64,000 nucleotides of DNA from contig OZ024742.1 of the NCBI GenBank assembly GCA_964016885.1, positions 1,054,001-1,118,000 of the forward strand, given 5' to 3'. Position numbers and translations under genes: made by a program. Positions 50,858 through 64,000 of this stretch are shown here, one piece after another. Below the pieces are notes generated by a model. It was not told the DNA's origin. It made no database searches and was given only the letters and a program-made list of their open reading frames with translations. Source of the stretch: Eledone cirrhosa (lineage: Eukaryota). Every line of letters starts with the position of its first letter. The stretch's first letter is position 1.

Positions 50858-51266
50858 TGTGTGTGTGTCCCCATGTCCCCGTGTATGTGTGTGTCCCCGT
50901 GTGTGTGTCCCCATGTCCCCATGTGTGTGTGTGTCTATGTCCCCGTGTGTGTGTGTGTGTGTCTATGTCCCCGTGTGTGTGTGTGTCTATGCCCCCGTGT
51001 GTGTGTGTCTATGCCCCCGTGTGTGTGTGTCCATGTCCCCGTGTGTGTGTGTCCATGTCCCCGTGTGTGTGTGTCCATGTCCCCGTGTGTGTGTGTGTGT
51101 GTGTGATGTCCCCGTGTGTGTGTCCATGTCCCCGTGTGTGTGTCCATGTCCCCATGTGTGTGTGTGTCCATGTCCCCGTGTGTGTGTGTGTGTGTGTCCA
51201 TGTCCCCATGTGTGTGTGTGTCCATGTCCCCGCGCGTGTGTGTGTGTGTGTGTGTGTGTCCATGTC

Positions 51267-51301
<35 letters not shown>

Positions 51302-51385
51302 ATGTCCCCGTGTGTGTGTGTGTGTGATGTCCCCCCGCGTGTGTGTCCATGTTCCTGTGTGTGTGTGTGTGTCCATGTCCCCGTG
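50858..51385. repeat. Composite minisatellite CCATGTCCCC + variable (GT)n
   Basis: Directly visible. Confidence 0.9.
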
Positions 51386-52299
51386 TTTTGAGGTTTTAAC
51401 TCGTTTCTTCTCATATTTCAAACAATTGAAGGGGAGGGGGGGAGCTTACTTCCACATACACACACACATATATACTACCTTACACACACACATGTACTAC
51501 CTTACACACACACACACATTAATACACACATATATACTACCTTACACACACACACATTAATACACACACATATAAACTACCTTACACACACACACATTTT
51601 ACACACAAACTTCCTCTCCACATTCTATACCCCACACCAAACATCCTCTTCATACCCAGTACCCCACACCACACTTCCTCTCCACACATCTATACCCACA
51701 CACCACACACAAATATATATATATACTACCTCACATATACACTTCCACCCATCTATACCCACCTCCACCCATCTATACCCTCCTCCACCCACCTCCTCCA
51801 CCACCCTCCTCCTCCACCCATCTATACCCACCTCCACACATACCCAACATCAGCCGTTCACTTTAGTCCAAGATGGAATCTTAGAAAAATTACTTTAGAT
51901 ATTTTCTTATCAATCTGTTTGTTATTACAGTTTTATATAAAAGTTGTTAACTCTTCAAACTAGACATATTTAGATAGTGTGTTTAAGTATGTTTAGAAGT
52001 GTTTAGGTGTGTTTAGAAGTGTTTAGGGGACTTTAGAAGTGTTTAGGTGTGTTTCGAAGTGTTTAGATGTTCTGTGGAGATTAGAATGGGAATCTATTTC
52101 TAATCATTACAAACTCTGGTCAAATTTCTCAGTTCTCTCCACAATGTGAAATCCCACAAAGGTCAACTTTGCCTTTCATCATTTTGAATGCAAAAAAAGG
52201 TAAAATAAAGAAATTAAATTTATAGCTCACACCTACACAGATCTAGCTGGCTTCCTACATGGTTGTAACTCATAGGTTTCTCTGGTGTTTTAATGATAG

Positions 52300-52447
52300 T
52301 TTAACAGATATAGCACCAACATAGCTACATGTTTAACAGATATCGTACCAACATAGTTACATGTTTAACAGATATTGTACCAAATAGCTACATGTCTAAC
52401 AGCTATAGTACCAACATAGCTACATGTTGAACAGATATAGTACCAAC
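52300..52447. repeat. ~32-bp minisatellite, ~4.5 copies
   Basis: Unit TTTAACAGATATAGTACCAACATAGCTACATG. Confidence 0.85.
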
Positions 52448-52848
52448 AACTGCTGAACCCACATTTATAAAATTCAAACAAAATATTTACAATAAATCAA
52501 CACCAAAGATGCAGAATAAATTAGATTTCTCTCTCTATCCCTCAGCCCCTCCCTCTATCTCTCCCTCCCTCTCCATCAGCCAAGATAAAAGCTGATTCAA
52601 ATCAAAGTAAAAAACAACAAATATATGAATAATCATTAAATAAATAATTAGCAAACAATTTTAATTAGTTTCAAATGAAAGATCAATTCAGTTAAAGAAA
52701 ACAAACGACTTTAAAATCAACACGAGACAACATGTCTAGGTTTTCAATTGAAATAGAATTTGTTTAAAGTTACAGTCTGTGTTTGGAAACCCACAAACTC
52801 ACTAAAAACCCTAACAATAGTTTGCCTGTGTTCATTATTTTAAAGTTA

Positions 52849-53015
52849 CCATATTTCCCGGTGCCGGAGACACTTTGTCCTCGAGAACCCACCCTAATTT
52901 AGACAACCCAAAATTTGAAGAAAAAAAATAAACAACCTTCGGCCTCCAGGACACATGGTAGATTGTTGAGACTTATTTTAGGAAGAAATAGCGTCTCTGA
53001 CGCCGGGCAATATGG
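52849..53015. mobile_element. MITE, pogo/Tc2-like
   Basis: Imperfect ~27-bp TIRs CCATATTTCCCGGTGCCGGAGACACT / AGCGTCTCTGACGCCGGGCAATATGG, flanked by TA. Confidence 0.7.
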
Positions 53016-53842
53016 TAATTTAAATAAAGATTATTAATATTTCAAACCCCTTGATTGTTGGGACATTCTGTACCAGGTGCCAAATTGATAAGAGTCATCA
53101 GAGCTTCACATTACCATGGTAGGTGTCCTGGTTCATTACACTCTGAGGTAAAATCCCGCTAAGGTCAAACTTTGTTTTTCCTCCCTTTCAAGGTCAAATT
53201 GTTAATGAGTTGTTGGCCAGTTTTGTACAATCTTAGCTCAAATCCCTCCTACTACTACTACAAGGAGTTGTGACTAATAGTATTAGCAATGGAAAGATTA
53301 ATGGAAAGAACACGTTTCTATTGATCTGATTTGAAGATCAGCCCTTTTTTTAGATGAATGTCACCCCAAGTCTGGGATCCATCACCTACACAATTGAAGA
53401 CATAATATACACACTATTGACATCTCGTCTCTATATACACTATTGACATCTAGTCTCTATATATACTATTGACATCTAGTCTATATATATACACTATTGA
53501 CATCTAGTCTATATATATACACTATTGACATCTAGTCTATATATATACACTATTGACATCTAGTCTATATGTACACTATTGACATCTAGTATATATATAT
53601 ATACACTATTGACATCTAGTCTATATGTACACTATTGACATCTAGTATATATATATATACACTATTGACATCTAGTCTATATATACACTATTGACATCTA
53701 GTCTATATATACACTATTGACATCTAGTCTATATATATACACTATTGACATCCAGTCTATATATACACTATTGACATCTAGTCTATAAATACACTATTGA
53801 CATCTAGTCTATAAATACACTATTGACATCTAGAATATATAT

Positions 53843-54174
53843 GGAGGCACATGTGTTAGTGGTTAGAGCATTGGCCTTGCAATCGAAAGGTTGTAAGTTC
53901 AATTCTCAGACCGGGTGATGTGTTATTCCTTGAGCAAGACACTTTATTTCACATTGCTCCAGTTTACTCAGCTGTAGAAATAAGATGATAGGGACTGGAG
54001 TCCCTAGCATTCCACTGCAAAGTGGTCATGGAGGTGCCACGGCAAAAAAGCCCCCAGCACTCACTGTAAATGATGTTGGTGTTAGAAAGGGCATCCAGCT
54101 GTAGAAATCAAGCCAGAATCAGTTCCTGCCTCATCCTTGCAAGCAGGGTAAAGTGGATGTTAAATGAAGATGAT
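53843..54174 (+). mobile_element. tRNA-SINE inside satellite
   Basis: Same family as 47903. Confidence 0.9.
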
Positions 54175-54690
54175 ATACTATTGACATCTAGTCTATATAT
54201 ACACTATTGACATCTAGTCTATATATACACTATTGACATCTAGTATATGTATACACTTGACATCTCGTCTGTATATACACTATTGACATCTAGTATATAT
54301 ACACACTATTGACATCTAGTATATATACACTATTGACATCTAGTATATATACACTATTGACATCTAGTATATATACACTATTGACATCTAGTATATATAC
54401 ACTATTGACATCTAGTATATATACACTATTGACATCTAGTATATATACACTATTGACATCTAGTATATATACACTATTGACATCTAGTAAATATATATAT
54501 ATACACTATTGACATCTAGTCTATATATACACACTATTGACATCTAGTATATATACACTATTGACATCTAGTCTATATATACACACTATTGACATCTAGT
54601 ATATATATATATACACCATTGACATCTAGTATATATACACCATTGACATCTAGTTTATATATACACACTATTGACATCTGGTCTATATAT

Positions 54691-55607
54691 ATCATCATCA
54701 CCATCATCATCATCACCGTTTTACGTCCGTTCTTCCACGCTAGCATGGGTTAGACGGGTTGTCCTGTTGTGGGCAGTGTCTGGTCGGCTGACCATGCCTT
54801 GCTCATACAGGAACTGATCTGGCTTGATTTCTACAGCTGGATGCCCTTCCTAACACCAACCTCATTTACAGTGAGTGCTGGGTGCTTTTTCGTGGCGCCT
54901 ACACGTCCACTTTACAGTGTGGGCTGGGTGCTTTTTTGCCGTGGCACCTCCACGACCACCTTGCGGTGGGGGGGGGGCATATTGTTTATATGCTTCAGCA
55001 TGTACCCATGGGAGGTCGGGTACCCTGTATTACTGCGTGACGCCAGAAGTCACGGTCGTGTGTCATTGACTTTGAGAGGTGTAGTTGGGTAAGGTCGGCT
55101 TTTATCACCTCATCCCAAGTCATCTTGGGTCTCCCCACTCCGCGGTTTCCATCAACTTCTAGTGCTCTGCACCTTTTTATGCAGCTGTCATCCTTCATAC
55201 GCATCACATGTCCATACCAGCGTAACCGCCTCTCCTGCACGCAGCATTTGATTCCTCTTATGCTCAGTCTCTCTCTCAATTCATTTATGCTTTGTCGTTC
55301 ACGTATATTACTGTTACACATCCATCGGAGCATGCAGGCTTCGTTTCTCTCTAATCTACGTAAGTCTTCCACCTTCAGCGCCCAGGTCTCACTACCATGC
55401 AACATCGCTGTTCGGATACACGCATCATACAGTCTGCCTTTCATTCTGAGGGAGAAGCCTTTTGCAGCTAGCAGTGGTAGTAGTTCCCTAAACTTCTTCC
55501 ATCCCGTTCTTACCCTAGTTATTGTACTTTCTGAGCACCCACCTCCGTTGCTAATTCGGTCACCTAGGTAGCAGAAGCTGTCTACTGTTTCTACAGGGCC
55601 CTCCCAG
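54691..55607 (-). mobile_element. RTE subfamily B 3' fragment inside satellite
   Basis: Near-identical to the 3' part of the 14492 copy, inserted at a TA linker. Confidence 0.95.
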
Positions 55608-56394
55608 TGTATATATATATATATACACTATTGACATCTAGTCTATATATACACTATTGACATCTAGTCTATATATACACTATTGACATCTAGTCTATAT
55701 ACACTATTGACATCTAGTCAATATATACACTTATGACATCTAGTCTATATATACACTATTGACATCTAGTCTATATATATATACACGATTGACATCTAGT
55801 CTATATATACACTATTGACATCTAGTCTATATATACACTATTGACATCTAGTCTATAAATACACTACTGACATCTAGTCTATATATATACACTATTGACA
55901 TCCAGTCTATATATACACTATTGACATCTAGTCTCTATATAGACTATTGACATCTAGTCTATATACACTATTGACATCTAGTCTATATATATACACTATT
56001 GACATCTAGTCTATATATATACACTATTGACATCTAGTCTTTAAATACACTATTGATATCTAGTCTATATATATATACACTATTGACATCTAGTCTATAT
56101 ATATATACACTATTGACATCTAGTCTATATATACACTATTGACATCTAGTCTATATATACACTATTGACATCTAGTCTATAAATACACTGTTGACATCTA
56201 GTCTATATATATATACTATTGACATCCAGTCTATATATACACTATTGACATCCAGTCTATATATACACTATTGACATCCAGTCTATATATACACTATTGA
56301 CATCTAGTCTATATACACTATTGACATCTAGTCTATATACAGACACTATTGACATCTAGTCTATAAATACACTATTGACATCTAGAATATATAT

Positions 56395-56709
56395 GGAGGC
56401 ACATGGCTTAGTGGTTAGAGCATTGGCCTTGCAATCGAAAGGTTGTGAGTTCAATTCTCAGACCAGGTGATGTGTTGTTTCCTTGAGCAAGACACTTTAT
56501 TTCACATTGCTCCAGTTTACTGAGCTGTAGATATGAGATGATATGGAGTCCCTAGCATTCCACTGCAAAGTGGTCGTGGAGGTGGCACGGCAAAAAAGCC
56601 CCCAGCACACACTGTAAATGATGCTGGAAGGGCATCCAGCTGTAGAAATCAAGCCAGTTCCTGTCTCATCCTTGCAAGCAGGGTAAAGTGGATGTTAAAT
56701 GAAGATGAT
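56395..56709 (+). mobile_element. tRNA-SINE inside satellite
   Basis: Same family, with small deletions. Confidence 0.9.
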
Positions 56710-57009
56710 ACACTATTGACATCTAGTATATATATATACACTATTGACATCTAGTCTATATGTACACTATTGACATCTAGTATATATATATATACACTAT
56801 TGACATCTAGTCTATATATACACTATTGACATCTAGTCTATATATACACTATTGACATCTAGTCTATATATATACACTATTGACATCTAGTCTATATATA
56901 CACTATTGACATCTAGTCTATATATATATATACACTATTGACATCCAGTCTATATATACACTATTGACATCTAGTCTATAAATACACTATTGACATCTAG
57001 AATATATAT

Positions 57010-57341
57010 GGAGGCACATGTGTTAGTGGTTAGAGCATTGGCCTTGCAATCGAAAGGTTGTGAGTTCAATTCTCAGACCGGGTGATTTGTTATTCCTTGA
57101 GCAAGACACTTTATTTCACGTTGCTCCAGTTTACTCAGCTGTAGAAATAAGATGATAGGGACTGGAGTCCCTAGCATTCCACTGCAAAGTGGTCATGGAG
57201 GTGCCACGGCAAAAAAGCCCCCAGCACTCACTGTAAATCATGTTGGTGTTAGGAAGGGCATCCAGCTGTAGAAATCAAGCCAGAATCAGTTCCTGCCTCA
57301 TCCTTGCAAGCAGGGTAAAGTGGATGTTAAATGAAGATGAT
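57010..57341 (+). mobile_element. tRNA-SINE inside satellite
   Basis: Near-identical to 53843-54174. Confidence 0.9.
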
Positions 57342-60017
57342 ATACTATTGACATCTAGTCTATATATACACTAATGACATCTAGTCTATATATACACTAT
57401 TGACATCTAGTTATATATACACTATTGACATCTAGTCTATATATACACTATTGACATCTAGTCTATATATACACTATTGACATCTAGTCTATATATATAC
57501 ACTATTGACATCTAGTCTATATATACACTATTGACATCTAGTATATGTATACACTTGACATCTCGTCTGTATATACACTATTGACATCTAGTCTATATAT
57601 ATACACTATTGACATCTAGTCTATATATATACACTATTGACATCTAGTATATATATACACTATTGACATCTAGTATATATATACACACTATTGACATCTA
57701 GTATATATACACTATTGACATCTAGTATATATACACTATTGACATATAGTATATATATACTATTGACATATAGTATATATACACTATTGACATCTAGTAT
57801 ATATATACTATTGACATCTAGTATATATACACTATTGACATCTAGTATATATACACTATTGACATCTAGTATATATATATATATACACTATTGACATCTG
57901 GTATATATATATATACACTATTGACATCTAGTATATATATATATACACTATTGACATCTAGTATATATATATATATATACACTATTGACATCTAGTATAT
58001 ATATATATACACTATTGACATCTAGTATATATATACACACTATTGACATCTAGTATATATATATATATATACACCATTGACATCTAGTATATATACACTA
58101 TTGACATCTAGTTTATATATACACACTATTGACATCTAGTCTATATATACACTATTGACATCTAGTATATATACACTATTGACATCTAGTATATATACAC
58201 TATTGACATCTAGTCTATATACACTATTGACATTTAGTTTATATATACACTATTGACATTTAGTTTATATATACACTATTGACATCTAGTCTATATATAT
58301 ACACTATTGACATCTAGTATATATACACTATTGACATCTAGTATATATATATACACACTATTGACATCTAGTATATATATATACACTATTGACTTCTAGT
58401 CTATATACACTATTGGCATCTAGTATATATATACACTATTGACATTTGGTCTATATACACTATTGACATCTAGTATATATACACTATTGACATCTAGTAT
58501 ATATACACTATTGACATCTAGTATATATACACTATTGACATCTAGTATATATATACACTATTGACATTTGGTCTATATACACTATTGACATCTAGTATAT
58601 ATACACTATTGACATCTAGTATATATATACACTATTGACATTTGGTCTATATACACTATTGACATTTGGTCTATATACACTATTGACATCTAGTATATAT
58701 ACACTATTGACATCTAGTATATATACACTATTGACATCTAGTATATATACACTATTGACATCTAGTATATATATATATATATATATATACACTATTGACA
58801 TCTAGTCTATATATACACACTATTGACATCTAGTATATATATATATATACACTATTGACATCTAGTATATATATATATATATACACTATTGACATCTAGT
58901 ATATATATACACACTATTGACATCTAGTATATATATATATATACACCATTGACATCTAGTATATATACACTATTGACATCTAGTATATATATATACACAC
59001 TATTGACATCTAGTCTATATATACACTATTGACATCTAGTCTATATATACACTATTGACATCTAGTCTATATACACTATTGACATCTAGTCTATATACAC
59101 TATTGACATCTAGTCTATATACACTATTGACATCTAGTCTATATATACACTATTGACATCTAGTATATATACACTATTGACATCTAGTATATATACACTA
59201 TTGACATCTAGTATATATACACTATTGACATCTAGTATATATACACTATTGACATCTAGTATATATATATACACACTATTGACATCTAGTATATATATAT
59301 ATACACTATTGACTTCTAGTCTATATACACTATTGGCATCTAGTATATATATACTATTGACATCTAGTATATATATACACTATTGACATTTGGTCTATAT
59401 ACACTATTGACATCTAGTCTATATATATACACTATTGACATCTAGTCTATATATATACACTATTGACATCTAGTCTATATATATACACTATTGACATCTA
59501 GTCTATACATACACTATTGACATCTAGTCTATATATACACTATTGACATCTAGTCTATATATACACTATTGACATCTAGTCTATATATACACTATTGACA
59601 TCTAGTCTATATATACACTATTGACATCTAGTCTATATATACACTATTGACATCTAGTCTATATATATACACTATTGACATCTAGTCTATATACACTATT
59701 GACATCTTGTCTTCTCTATAAATACTTTTGATCCTTATTATAGATATATAGCAATACAGGGGTTATAGTGGGGAGGTATAGCTGGGGGAGAGCAGTTCGT
59801 ATAACTGGCGAAGGGGAATTATAGCTGGGGGAGGGGGGGTATTATAGCTGGGGGAGGTGAGTTCTTATAACTGGGGGAGGGGAGTTATAGCTGGAGGTAT
59901 GACTATCTGGGGGAGGGCGAAGTAATAATTATAGTTTAAAAAGAGCACTGACGTCAATATATCTTCACAGTTGTAGATAGTGTGACATGTGATTGGAGGG
60001 TAATGTTGCTATTGCTA

Positions 60018-63000
60018 GCAACAATACTGCACAACTAGAGATAAAACTGGGCTCACAACAACATTACCGTACAACTAGAGATAAAACTAGGCCCACAACA
60101 ACATTACTGTACAACTAGAGATAAAACTGGGCTCACAACAACATTACTGTAGAGCTAGAGATAAAACTAGGCTCACAACAACATTACTGTACAACTAGAG
60201 ATAAAACTGGTCTCACATCAACATTACTGTACAACTAGAGATAAAACTGGGCTCACATCAACATTACTGTACAACTAGAGATAAAACTGGGCTCACATCA
60301 ACATTACTGTACAACTAGAGATGAAACTAGGCTCACATTCACATTACTGTACAGCTAGAGATAAACTAGGCTCACATCAACATTACTGTATAGCTAGAGA
60401 TAAAACTAGGCTCACAACAACATTACGGTACAACTAGAGATAAAACTAGGCTCACATCAACATTACTATAGAGCTAGAGATAAAACAAGGCTCACATGAA
60501 CATCACTGTAGAGCCGGAGATAAAACTAGGCTCACAACAACATTACTGTAGAGCTAGAGATAAAACTAGGCTCACATCAACATTAATATAGAGCTATAGA
60601 TAAAGCTAGTCTCACAACAACATTACTGTACAACTAGCAATAAAACTAGGCTAACAACAACATTACTGTAGAGCTAGAGATAAAACTAGGCTCACATGAA
60701 CATCACTGTAGAGCCGGAGATAAAACAAGGCTCACAACGACATTACTGTACAGCTATAGATAAAACTAGGCTCACATCAACATTACTGTACAGCTAGAGA
60801 TAAAACTATGCTCACATCAACATTACTGTAGAGCTAGAGATAAAACTAGGCTCACATCAACATTACTGTAGAGCTAGAGATAAAACTAGTCTCACAACAT
60901 TACTGTAGAGCTAGAGATAAAACTAGGCTCATATCAACATTACTGTAGAGCTAGAGATGAAACTAGTCTCACAACATTACTGTACAGCTAGAGATAAAAC
61001 TAGGCTCATATCAACATTACTGTACAGCTAGAGATACAACTAGGCTCACATCAACATTACTGTAGAGCTAGAGATAAAACTAGTCTCACAACATTACTGT
61101 ACAGCTAGAGATAAAACTAGGCTCACATCAACATTACTGTACAACTAGAGACAAAACTAGGGTCACAACAACATTACTGTACAGCTAAAGATAAAACTAG
61201 GCTCACATCATAATTACTGTACAGCTAGAGATAAAACTGGGTTCACTTCAACATTACTGTCGAGCTAGACATAAAACTAGGCTCACATCAACATTACTGT
61301 AGAGCTAGAGATAAAACTAGGCTCACATCAACATTACTGTAGAGCTAGAGATAAAACTAGGCTCCCATCAACATTACTGTACAGCTAGAGATAACACAAG
61401 ATTCCCATCAACATTACTGTAGAGCTAGAGATAAAACAAAACTCACATCAACATTACTGTAGAGCTATAGATAAAACTAGGCTCACATCAACATTACTAT
61501 AGAGATAGAGATAAAACTAGGCTCACATAAACATTACTGTAGAGATAAGACTAGGCTCACAACAACATTACAGTACAGTCAGAGATAAAACTAGGCTCAC
61601 ATCAACATTACTGAAGGGCTAGAGATAAAACTAGGCTCACATCAACATTACTGTAGAGCTAGTGATAAAACTAGGCTCACATCAACATTACTGTATAGCT
61701 ATAGATAAAACTAGGCTCACAACAACATTACTGAAGAGCTAGAGATACAACTAGGATCACATCAACATTACTGTAGAGCTAGAGATAAATCTAGGCTCAC
61801 AACAACATTACTGTAAAGCTAGAGATAAAACTAGGTTCACATCAACATTACTGTACAGCTATAGATAAAACTAGGCTCACATCAACATTGCTGTACAGCT
61901 AGAGATAAAACTAGGCTCACATCAACATTACTGTACAACTAAAGATAAAACTAGGCTCACATCATCATTACTGTACAGCTAGAGATAAAACTAGGTTCAC
62001 ATCAACATTACTGTAGGGCTAGAGATAAAACTAGGTTCATATCAACATTAATGGAGAGCTAGATATAAAACTAGGCTCACAACAACATTACTGTACAACT
62101 AGAGATAAAACTAGGCTCACAACATTACAGTACAGCTAGAGATAAAACTAGGCTCAGATTCACGTTACTGTACAGCTAGAGATAAAACTAGGCTCACAAC
62201 AACATTACTGTACAACCAGAGATAATACTAGGCACACATCAACATTACTGTAGGGCTAGAGATAAAACTAGGCTCACATCAACATTACTGTACAGCGATA
62301 GATAAAACTAGGCTCACAACAACATTACTGTAGAGCTAGAGATAAAACTAGGCTCACATCAACATTACTGTAGAGCTAGAGATAAAACTAGGCTCACATC
62401 AACATTACTGTATAGCTAGAGATAAAACAAGGCTCACATCAAATTTACTGTATAGCTAGAGATAAAACTAGGCTCACAACAACATTCCTGTAGAACTAGA
62501 GATAAAACTAGGCTCACATCAACATTACTGTAGAGCTAGAGATAAAACTAGGCTCACATCAACATTACTGTATAGCTAGAGATAAAACAAGGCTCACATC
62601 AACATTACTGTATAGCTAGAGATAAAACTAGGCTCACAACAACATTCCTGTAGAAATAGAGATAAAACTATGCTCACATCAACATTACTGTAGAGCTAGT
62701 GATAAAACTAGGCTCACATCAACATTACTGTATAGCTATAGATAAAACGAGGCTCACAACAACGTTACTGTAGAGCTAGAGATAAAACTAGGCTCACAAC
62801 AACATTACTGAAGAGCTAGAGATACAACTAGGATCACATCAACATTACTGTAGAGCTAGAGATAAATCTAGGCTCACAACAACATTACTGTAAAGCTAGA
62901 GATAAAACTAGGCTCACATCAACATTACTGTAGAGCTAGAGATAAAACTAGGCTCACATCAACATTACTGTATAGCTATAGATAAAACTAGGCTCACAAC

Positions 63001-64000
63001 AACATTACTGTACAACTAAAGATAAAACTAGAATCACAACAACATTATTGAAGAGCTAGAGATAAAACTAGGCTCACATCAACATTACTGTAGAGCTAGA
63101 GAGAAATCTAGGCTCACAACAACATTACTGTAAATCTAGAGATAAAACTAGGCTCATATCAACATTACTGTAGAGCTAGAGATAAAACTAGGCTCACATC
63201 AACATTACTGTACAGCGATAGATAAAACTAGGCTCACAACAACATTACTGTAGAGCTAGAGATAAAACTAGGCTCACATCAACATTACTGTAGAGCTAGA
63301 GATAAAATTAGGCTCACATCAACCTTACTGTAGAGCTAGACATAAAACTAGGCTCACATCAACATTACTGTAGAGATAAAACTAGGCTCACATCAACATT
63401 ACTGTAGAGCTAGAGATAAAACTAGGCTCACAACAACATTACTGTACAGTCAGAGATAAAACTAGGCTCACATCAACATTACTGTAGAGCTAGAGATAAA
63501 ACTAAGCTCACAACATTACTGTACAGCTATAGATAAAAGTAGGCTCACATAAACATTACTGTAAAGCTAGAGATGAAACTAGGCTCACATCAACATTACT
63601 GTACAGCTAGAAATAAAACTAGGCTCACATCAACATTACTGTAGAGCTAGAGATATAACTAGGCTCACATCAACATTACTGTAGAGCTAGAGATAAAACT
63701 AGGCTCACAGCATTACTGTAAAGGTAGAGATAAAACTAGGCTCACATTCACATTACTGTACAGCTAGAGATGAACTAGGCTCACAACAACATTACTGTAC
63801 AGCCAGAGATAAAACTAGGCTCACATCAACATTACTGTATAGCTAGAGATAAAACTAGGGTCACAACAACATTACGGTACAACTAGAGATAAAACTAGTT
63901 TCACATCAACATTAATATAGAGCTATAGATAAAGCTAGGCTCACAACAACATTACTGTACAACTAGAGATAAAACTAGGCTCACAACAACATTACTGTAG
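60018..64000. repeat. 40-bp satellite, ~100 copies, running off the window
   Basis: Consensus AGCTAGAGATAAAACTAGGCTCACATCAACATTACTGTAG. Confidence 0.97.

Larger units (their letters stand above)
53405..59707. repeat. ~23-31-bp satellite CACTATTGACATCTAGT(C)+(TA)n, interrupted by three SINEs and one RTE
   Basis: A constant core with a variable TA linker over ~6.3 kb. Confidence 0.95.

Noticed and set aside
53415-53425. TTGACA as a bacterial -35 box
   Set aside because: It is a coincidental hexamer within a satellite unit.
53405-64000. CRISPR-like arrays
   Set aside because: There are no unique spacers and no cas genes, and the context is eukaryotic. These are satellites.

Overview
This is animal genomic DNA with no recognisable host gene. 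The repeat types resemble coleoid cephalopod/octopus DNA, which is an inference. Bases ~2.4-39 kb are a nest of retroelements inserted into (TA)n microsatellites. It holds 14 truncated RTE-clade LINE pieces in three subfamilies, and subfamilies A and B have a C4HC3 PHD finger inside the RT. It also holds two coding Penelope-like elements (PLEs), many PLE pseudo-LTR remnants, and about ten type-I hammerhead ribozyme (HHR) motifs, often in fold-back palindromes. A 2.6-kb non-coding unit (25.6-28.55 kb) is bounded by HHR-bearing direct repeats and carries a duplicated, unexplained structured-RNA core. This retrozyme-like element is the best candidate for something undescribed. Further right are two L1/Tx1 copies tied to (ATCT)n, tRNA-SINEs sharing the RTE tail, a mariner relic, a pogo/Tc2-like MITE, a ~25-bp satellite that co-amplified a SINE, and a 40-bp satellite. 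Most ORF-track entries are translated microsatellites. All alignments and folds were done by eye.
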